Below are positions 56,086 through 64,000 of a stretch of DNA of 64,000 nt, in pieces; the stretch's first letter is position 1, and each line of letters starts with the position of its first letter. The stretch comes from the human T2T-CHM13v2.0 reference genome, Homo sapiens. The stretch lies in the NCBI RefSeq assembly GCF_009914755.1, contig NC_060942.1; one strand, written 5' to 3'. The translations under genes and the position numbers were made by a program. The notes below the pieces were generated by a model. That model searched no databases. It was not told the origin of the DNA and saw only the letters and a program-made list of their open reading frames with translations.

Positions 56086-57450
56086 ATTTTAATCTGTTGT
56101 TTCAAACCATGTTCGCGAGGCACTGCAAAATGAGGCGGTGGCCGAAAGCACAGTTTGGAGTCGTGTGTGAAAGCTCATTAGACATCAGGGGCACAGGACA
56201 GCTCAAAATTCCTCGCGAAACATTTATGCTCTTTATGCTAATTATTCATGAGTGGATATTCTATCTGAATCATTACAAACTGCATCCCCCCCATCTTTAA
56301 TTGGGTTTTATTAACTTGCATCTATTGTTAAACGGGAACAATAGCACAAAAAGTAGAGAGAGAGAGCCAGGGGGGATGGTGACCTCATTGTGGTGAATAA
56401 TTTGAACAGGTGGGCACACTGAAATATTTACAGAGTTGCTTTGTTTGAGCCTGCATTTAAAAGTTTATCATGATCACATACTTCTGCAGAATTAGGCCTG
56501 CACATGGAGCTGGAGTTGGTCTGTAGATTTTACACAGCTAAGCACTGTGGGAGCTTCCAGATGACATGCAGGGTCGGGATGGGACGGACATGAGCCAGAG
56601 TGAGGGGTAGGGAGGAGCTCGGGCTGCAGGGCTCTGGGTGTGTTTGCTGGTTTCCCTAGTACATCAGCCTAGGTGAGAACACTGGCCTGCTCTGTTTACT
56701 GAGGTTGCTAGAGGTTATTTTGTTAGTGTACTGGGATGTCAGGGCAGGAATGACACTTTCTCGGTCTCTGTCACAGATTTCATGGTGTTAGAAGGAAAAA
56801 CTGCAGACTGGTGTTAAAATTCTCTCACCTTCTACTGAAAGCAACTTCATTAAGTCACGCATCGCTGTGGCCCTGCTGAGTCAACACCCCCTGCGGGTTC
56901 TGTGCGGGGCGTGGAGGATCCAGGCAGAGTCACAGCATGGCCCCTGCCCTGCAAGAGATCACAGTGCTGTCAGGGAGGTCAGAGGGCGATGGGGCCACAG
57001 ACGCCAGGGACGCCAGGGTTAGTGTTCTGTGCAGGATGGAAAGGGGAAGGGGAGAGGCAGAGACGGTCTGACACCCAGGCTCTGGGGGACGGGGGAGCGA
57101 GGCCTCCAGGGATGCACAAGATCTCTCAAACTGACCGTCCCCAACCAATACTCAGAGAAGCAGGGAGGCTGCTGTGTTTCCTGGTTTCTTTGTGTGAACA
57201 GCCCCAACTGACATCAAGTCAAGGCAGGTTCCCCTGTGCGGCAGGAACATCTGCACAGTGCAGACAGACGGCTGCGAAACAGCCATGGCCTGGAGTTGGT
57301 GTGTGTTTGTCCTTTTGCTTTTTAACTATAAAATCAGATCCAACCAATGGCATCACCAGAAGACGGGCTTCAGACTCGTAGGTGCCACTCGGTGACCAAG
57401 TACCTGCTATGAAAACACATTGATTCCCGTGACTGTCCACAAATTCTCAC

Positions 57451-57500
57451 CAACATCTCTTCTGCTGCTCACTCAAAGATTTTTCTTCCAATTTTTATTA
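57451..57500 (-). pseudogene. Candidate exon, phase 2-1, with acceptor AG changed to GG
   Basis: ttttctcccttttttGG|TAAT...GTTG|gtgaga. In phase with the exon at 58103 (AA|T); one TGA. Confidence 0.3.
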
Positions 57501-58102
57501 CCAAAAAAGGGAGAAAATCACTGGCTTTTCCTTAAAAGCCTATTTCTCTAGAAAAGTTTCTCTAGTTTCTCCTCATAAAAGTCTTAAACCTTTCACTGCT
57601 GTTTCCCATCATTCCGTTGGGTTACCTCCTCTGCAATGAACTTGACGGAATGCACACAGTGACTGATCTACACACCTGGGCGCTCATCCGCCGACCTAGG
57701 GGAGCCTTCGCTCTGCCTGTGCATCCTTCATGGAACCAGCATGTAAGACTGAGCCTGGCTCAGGTCCTAGGTGCCCAGTAAAGACTTTTAGAAATATGAC
57801 AACTGAGTTGGAGACCCTAATGCCACCACTTCTTGAAGCTGAGCTGTTTCCTCTGCCACAGGATGGAGAAAAGAGGGAAACCTCTAAGTGGGTCATTAGT
57901 TCCCTAAAGCTGGGAATGCTAAGCTATCTGGGAAGTTTTAAAGAGTGATATAAAGAGGCCACCAAAGCTGGCATGAAATCCAACCTGTCTGCAACACTTG
58001 GAATGTCTCTCTAAACACGGCAGAAGACCCATAACTCATGCCGGGATTTCTTTTATTTCCCCCTGAGATTACTGGTGTGGTTTAAGTAAGGAAACTGCTT
58101 AC

Positions 58103-58223
58103 TTCCTCATTTCAATGCTAAAATGAAGAATGCTTTTGCTTGGCGAAGATCAACTGTACATTTACTTAAGATAATGTCTGATGACATCATTTCCTGTTGT
58201 TAAAATGCTACAAGTGCTTGAAT
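58103..58223 (-). pseudogene. Candidate exon, phase 1-2, 2 stops: (D)SSTCSILTTGNDVIRHYLK*MYS*SSPSKSILHFSIEMRK
   Basis: Donor GAA|gtaagc; weak acceptor. Ends AGG-AA| exactly as the exon at 40530 does. Confidence 0.35.
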
Positions 58224-58567
58224 CTCCCACAAAGATACAGGTTAATGGAATCAGAACAGCTGATTGACAAGTGCGGAAATCAATCGTCTGAAATGATTAT
58301 TTACAAATTCAAAGTTTTAAAAGCTTTTAAAAAAGAAGATGCTTGATCTAAGCTGCATTTGTACACACAAATGATGCAGTGCCACAGAAATCAAATTGCG
58401 AGATTCTAAGCAGGAGACGTATATGTATATACACATATGTAATGTCGATACTATATATGTAACAGAACATATACAGTAGTTTATATAATATGTAATAGGT
58501 CATATAATCAAAGATGCTACTAAACTTTTCTTACAGCACACTTAATTTTTTTTTTAATATTCCACAG

Positions 58568-58857
58568 CAGGGTACATTGGCTCATGCCTGTAAATCCCAG
58601 ACTTTGGGTGGCCAAGGTGGGCAGATCTCTTGAGCCCAGGAGTTGGAGGCCAGCCTGGGTAACATGATGAGACCCCATCTCGACAAAAAATGCAACAATT
58701 AGCTGGGCGTGGTGGCATACACCTATGGTCCCAGCTACTCCAGAGGCTGAGGTGGGAGGATCCCTTTACCCCGAAGGTTGAGGCTGTAGTCAGCTATGAT
58801 TGTGCCACTGCACTCCAGCCTGGACAACAGAGCAAGATGATGTCTCAAAAAAAAAAT
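58568..58857 (+). mobile_element. AluJ
   Basis: ttgagcccaggag and aggctgtagtcagctatgat diagnostics; diverged. Confidence 0.9.
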
Positions 58858-60177
58858 TCCAAATTGCTCGCTTTCCGCAGAAACAAACAATGTATTACCC
58901 TTCTTAATATGAAAATCTGTCAGTGATACAATAATCTCTAATATTTAGCATTCATTATCAATGATGCTAATATTTGTGATTAACTCCCCCCTCTGAAGGT
59001 AAATCCACTTCTCTATAAGAGCAATAAAGACACCATATTCTCAACCAACTCTTTGAAATGGAAGGAAAACTCGACTAGACCTTCAGGTCAAGTTCTTCAC
59101 ATCTGGGTGCCCAGCCACACGCAGTAAATTTTCGCTTTCACTATAAATCAAGTTAATAGTTCTCACTGTAAATGCAATACATGATTTTCCCACTTTTTAG
59201 TAGGAACTGTTTAAAATGCAATGTTTCTATGTAATCCAAAAATTTGAGTGACTTAATTTCAAAGTTACAGAAACTGCTATGCTCTCACTCTGTAATTTTT
59301 TTTAAAAAAGTTTTTGACAATAAGTAGCAGTTAAAACGAGTCAATTTAGCAGTGACAAAGAATGTTTTCCGCTATAAATGTAGTGCTTAAACAGTTATTT
59401 TAACAGTAGACTTGTCAAATTGATGTCGCTGGGCATCATAAAAACTGTCTAAAACTGTAAATTTAACTGTTAAAATGAGCATTTACACTGTTAGCTGCTA
59501 AACACTGGTTTAAACGAAGCTGTAATGAGCACAAACAATAAGAATGAGTGGAAATTATTTTCAAATGCTGATTTTTTTGTCATTTCTTGTTCCTTTCCTA
59601 AAGTGGGATGCAGGCTAATACTTGAACAGAGATGAGAATCTCTGGGAAATCGCCTGGCACGCTTTATAGTCCCTGAGCTCAGGAGGGACAGTGCCAAGTG
59701 AACCATTCGTCCCGAGGGTGGCTGCTTTCGGCCCAGGCTCCGATGCCTTGTGTGGCATGGCTTATCCAGGCATCTCACCTCCAGGACCTGCAGTGCGGTT
59801 TCTTCCTCTCTGGGACAAGCCTCATTATCTCCAAGAAAGTCACTGCATTCCGGGGGAGCAGGAGTGCGGACCTGGACTGACGCTTCCACCCTGCAACTCT
59901 TTCTGTGGGGGCACGCTGTGAAAACTGGCATTCCGAGAGAAACAGCCAGGCCCTGGCGCTGGCACCGTGGTGTGTCTGTAAGGGCCCCTCCTGAGGGTCT
60001 AAGCAGGAGAGGCGTCTGCCCCTGAGGAGGCCCCTTCCTTGGAAGCCCACTAGGTGCAATTACCAACCAATGCCGTCAGCCCTCGGGCCACATGCCAGCA
60101 GGGATCCTGCAGACCACATTTCACAGAAAACCCCAAATCTGTGTATGCTGGTGAACAGCTGAAAATGAGTTCTCAGA

Positions 60178-60203
60178 AACACACACACACACACACACAC
60201 ACA
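60178..60203. repeat. (CA)n microsatellite
   Basis: Direct inspection. Confidence 0.9.
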
Positions 60204-60869
60204 AGCTGATGCACAGTGTGTGCCAATTTCTGTGTTGTAAACAGTCCTGCCATGGCCAACGGGGGAGGTAAGGGCTATCACCGAGGACCGTGCAGCCCTG
60301 CCTGTGATCGCAAACGCCTGAACAGTGAGGAAAACACCCAGAGTCCCAGAGGCCTCAGGGGAGTGTTAATGAGGAGGTAGGGCGACCCCTGAGGGGGGCT
60401 CTGGGGCATCTGCTGGCCAACGTTATGTTCATTAAAGGATTCCACAGCTGCTGGGAAGCCAGGTGTCCCTTCCACAGCCTCTAGCAGCCCACTTCACCCC
60501 AGGATCTCAGAGTCCCCAGCCATGATAGGGAGGGCTCAGAAAGAGAATCACAGCCCCCGGGGGACTTCTCTGTCTGCGTTTTCTCACATGGGCAAGACTC
60601 TCCAGCCAGCCCTGGACTCGCTGACAAGGATTTGTAACTCCACGTAAGTCTATCAACTCAGATGCCACTTCCTCCAGGAAGACCACCTGGCCTTTCCAGG
60701 AGGAGGATGCACACGCACCCTGGTGTGACCCCATCTCAGGCCTGGTGACCCTGGATTTTGATCACTTGTGGACCCGCCTCCTGCAGAGACTACAGCAGAA
60801 CTGTTCAGGGAGCTTGGGCAACAGAAAAGAATAGAATGGCCTCATCAGCACAAACAGTTTGAAGGATGA

Positions 60870-61150
60870 CGGGGACATATGTTCATGAGAGGGTTGAGGT
60901 ACGCCATGGACTGCCTTGGATTTAAGGCCACTTTAGTACCAGCAGTAGGGAGCCACTGAAGGTTCTGGAGTAGGGCAATGGTGTGACTTGAATGGTGCTT
61001 TAGCAGGGTTAGTGTGGTGATCCTGTGTGACCTGGAAGGACTTGGATGTAAGGAAGCTGAGCCGTGGAGAGGTTGAGACGAGAGGAGAAGAGGAGGAGGG
61101 TGGAGCTGGTGGAGATGGCGGGAAGGCACCAGCTGTCAGGATTTGCTATC
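60870..61150 (-). mobile_element. L2 fragment
   Basis: gggagccactgaaggttctggagtagggcaatggtgtgacttga is L2-like. Confidence 0.5.
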
Positions 61151-61152
61151 AC

Positions 61153-61230
61153 GGAGGTCATGATGAGGCTGGGATTGGAGGTCATGGTGAGGCTGGGGTT
61201 GGAGGTCACGGTGAGGATGGGGTCGGAGGA
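61153..61230. repeat. 24-bp repeat, 3 copies
   Basis: ggaggtcatggtgaggctggggtt units. Confidence 0.8.
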
Positions 61231-61546
61231 AAGGGAGGGTGGACTTCACTCCATCACTGGACTCCAGATTGCATGGGGCCTCTGGATTTGTCAATAGAAG
61301 CACTCACAGGGTGACGAGGCCACTCTGTGGGCAAGACCCATCACTGTCTACACCTGCCGTCAACGTGGGGACACCAAGGTGTAGCTGGGGAGAGCTCCTG
61401 GTGGGAGAAGAACCTGGGTCGTGACTGCACGTGAGCCATGGGGTCTAACAGAATCCAACCCCACAAGGAGGGAGGCCGGGGGAGGGTGGCAAACAGGAGA
61501 CAGGGCTAGAGGCAAGGAAAGACCTGAGGCCTCCGAGGATAACAGC

Positions 61547-61635
61547 GGCTAAAGACGAGGACGGGGGGCTAGAGATGAGGACTGAGGGCTAGAGATGAGG
61601 ACAGAGGACGGGGGGCTAGAGACGAGGACGGGGCG
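61547..61635. repeat. About 20-bp degenerate repeat (gctagagacgaggacggggg)
   Basis: Four imperfect copies. Confidence 0.7.
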
Positions 61636-62808
61636 GCTGAAAGATCTCGCAGGGAGAGGCTGGGATGAGGCGGTGGGCTGCCAGGTGCTGCTGCAGCCAC
61701 AGTGAGGGAATCTGAGGGCTGGGTCGGGCCATGGGAGTGGAGGGGAGATGGGAGGAGGTGGAGGCGGGTGGCCCCTGCACCTGAGGTGGCCCGCACACCC
61801 TGCGTCCTGGGAGGTCCCTGAGGGTCCTCGGCTTGTGTGTGTGTTTGTATTAATAGCAGCACAAAACCAGCCTCTTCCATATCATCACATGGTTTACAAA
61901 GACTATGAAATAAAAATAAAGATGATGTGTCTCTGGGAGACGGGGTGAGACACTGGATGCTGAGAATGTTAGTATCGAGTCTGTCACTGAGGTCAAAGCC
62001 ATCTTTTATGCTGCTCACTCAGGAACTGTGGGGTCCCTCATGATCGATACCGGAGGGAAAGATCCCGGGAATTCTCGGGTCACAGGAGAACGCTCAAAAC
62101 GTGCTGTCAACCAGAGGGGCCTCCTTGTTGGAATGAGTTAACACTCTGGTAATTTGGGCCTTTAGAAAGTGAAATAATATCACTAATAATGACGCCACCA
62201 CCCAGCATCTATACGCACCTTTTTGCTTTCCAAGAACTTAAAGCACCTCACGTATACCTTTCTTCTAGATCTAAAAGTGTATATTAGGGATTTTGGGAAA
62301 ACGCATTTTTGCTACTCCTAACCACAATACCCCCGTTTCCATAGTAACAAACAGGAAAACGAGGAAATAGGGACCCCAAACCCGGAAGCCTGGCTCAGGT
62401 CACAGACACGTGACAGGACGGGATCCAATATGCTGCTGCCAGGGTTGGACATTTGTCATAAGACACTTGAGGTGTGTGCAAGTTGTGCTGTCTAGTAAAG
62501 TAGAAACACTGAGAGCAGTAGGCAGGTGTCTGCGGGGTCGGAGAGGAAGGGCGCCATCGGGGAGGAGGCAGAAGGCGCGGATCCCACCCGGCACACTGAG
62601 CACGCTGCCTGCCAGTAAGACGGGGCCTCTGTCCTGCCTGCCTGCCCCAGAGGACTGCGAGGTCAAACAAAACAATGAATATGAAAGCTCTACATACTTT
62701 AAACAAACACGTGTTATTCATCATCATATTGTAAACCATCACAAATGTAGGACTATGCTAAAATAGTGCGGGAACAATGGCTTGCCTGGAAATGTCGTTT
62801 GTCCTCAC

Positions 62809-62944
62809 TTTTTCCGAGATATCAGCATGGCCACATACACATGCGGAGGTGAGCTGGCCGTGCTAAACTCACTGAGCAGCGGCTTACCGATTATCACCTG
62901 GTCAAACGTAAACACAGCGAGGGATACGTTCCAGTAAGATGGAT
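62809..62944 (-). pseudogene. Candidate exon, phase 1-2, stop-free: (D)PSYWNVSLAVFTFDQVIIGKPLLSEFSTASSPPHVYVAMLISRK
   Basis: Acceptor caatttag|AT; donor AAA|gtgagg; alternative internal donor G|gtaagc at 62888; NVS sequon. Confidence 0.5.
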
Positions 62945-64000
62945 CTAAATTGAATCGGAAGTTATGTTCTACATGAAACTTTTCCATTATTTTTGGTATG
63001 ATTCATGAAATAGATCTTCATGAATTTTCATCTAATGGAAACATTTCTGTTTTAGTATTTGGCCATGAGTAGAATAGAACAGAATAATTTGGGGGGTTAT
63101 AAGGACGCACATGTTGGTTTGGTGTTCAACTCCTTCATTCTACAGTTCAGGCCTGAAGTCGAGAGAGCATAGCAGGTGTTCACAGACCACGCCATTATCT
63201 CATTCAAATTTACTTCATGGGAACATTCAGCTGCTCTGACGGAAGGGGGCTGCGTGTGTCACACAGCACACTTTGTGGCAGCACAAGCATCACGCTGTGA
63301 ACCACAGCGACTGGGCTGCCTTTGCTCACCCTCAGCTCAGTGCGCACCAGGCCACTCTTCTGTCTTTTGATCCGTGCAGCAGCCCAGGCACCTGATGGGG
63401 TCATGGGAGAAGTGCGTTGAGTCGTGGGTGGGGCATGGGCCTCGACTTCTCTTCAGTGGAAAGTCTATTTGTGTGTCTTCTCCAGGAGATGAAAGAGTCA
63501 CTGTCACGGCCCCTCCTTACCCCCTCCTCCCCCAATCTACTTAGTATGCCCAGAATATCTGGATGGATTTATATAGGTGCCCTCTCCTGTAAATCTTGTA
63601 ACGGTGGCATTCTTCATTCTCTGATCAGGTTCAGGAGAAAATTTCCACCACCGAACACCCTGCTGTTACAAATTCCCTCCGACCACGTCCCCGGGACGCT
63701 CCTGGATGCCCCTTCCTGCCCCTGAAGGGAGAGATTGTGGCCTTATCAGATGCAAGGCAGAGGATGAAGATTTTGTAAATTTTACTGTTACATAAAAATG
63801 AGCATTATCCCTTTCTTAAAGTGCTCCTACAATGGGAACACTCGTAAATAAAAGTTTATAAAATAAGACATATTTTTATTAATGTTTCCACATCATCATG
63901 TTCTGTGATTCCATCTGACTCACCTCTTTTAGAATCCACTCAGTTAACATTTATAGAGCTCTCCTCAAACCTAAGGCCAGCAAGACAACTGGACTGGGGG

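Noticed and set aside
56277-56321. Possible FN3-start exon (MQVNKTQLKM)
   Set aside because: Weak donor and too short to distinguish from chance.
59491-60066. 191-aa minus-strand ORF
   Set aside because: No recognisable domain or convincing splice context; compatible with a chance ORF in GC-rich DNA.

Overview
Primate (very probably human) genomic DNA: Alu, L1, MIR, L2, MaLR/ERV LTRs and a MER1-type DNA transposon, with an unusually high density of GC-rich minisatellites, as is typical of distal or subtelomeric chromosome arms. No intact protein-coding gene or RNA gene is evident, and the long ORFs in the track are repeat or low-complexity artefacts. The main signal is a chain of about 18 exon-shaped segments on the minus strand (about 62.9 kb down to 9.1 kb), in unique sequence between the repeats. 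Most have canonical AG/GT splice sites, several neighbours join in phase, and by eye they translate to alternating fibronectin-III-like and SEA-like modules. They carry in-frame stops, frameshifts and single-base-killed splice sites, which is the pattern expected of a decayed (unitary-pseudogene-like) gene for a large extracellular FN3/SEA protein. One exon has an inverted ~215-bp copy 1.1 kb away, and two splice donors are tandemly duplicated. Domain and repeat-subfamily calls were made by eye and from memory, with no search, and the locus could not be named.
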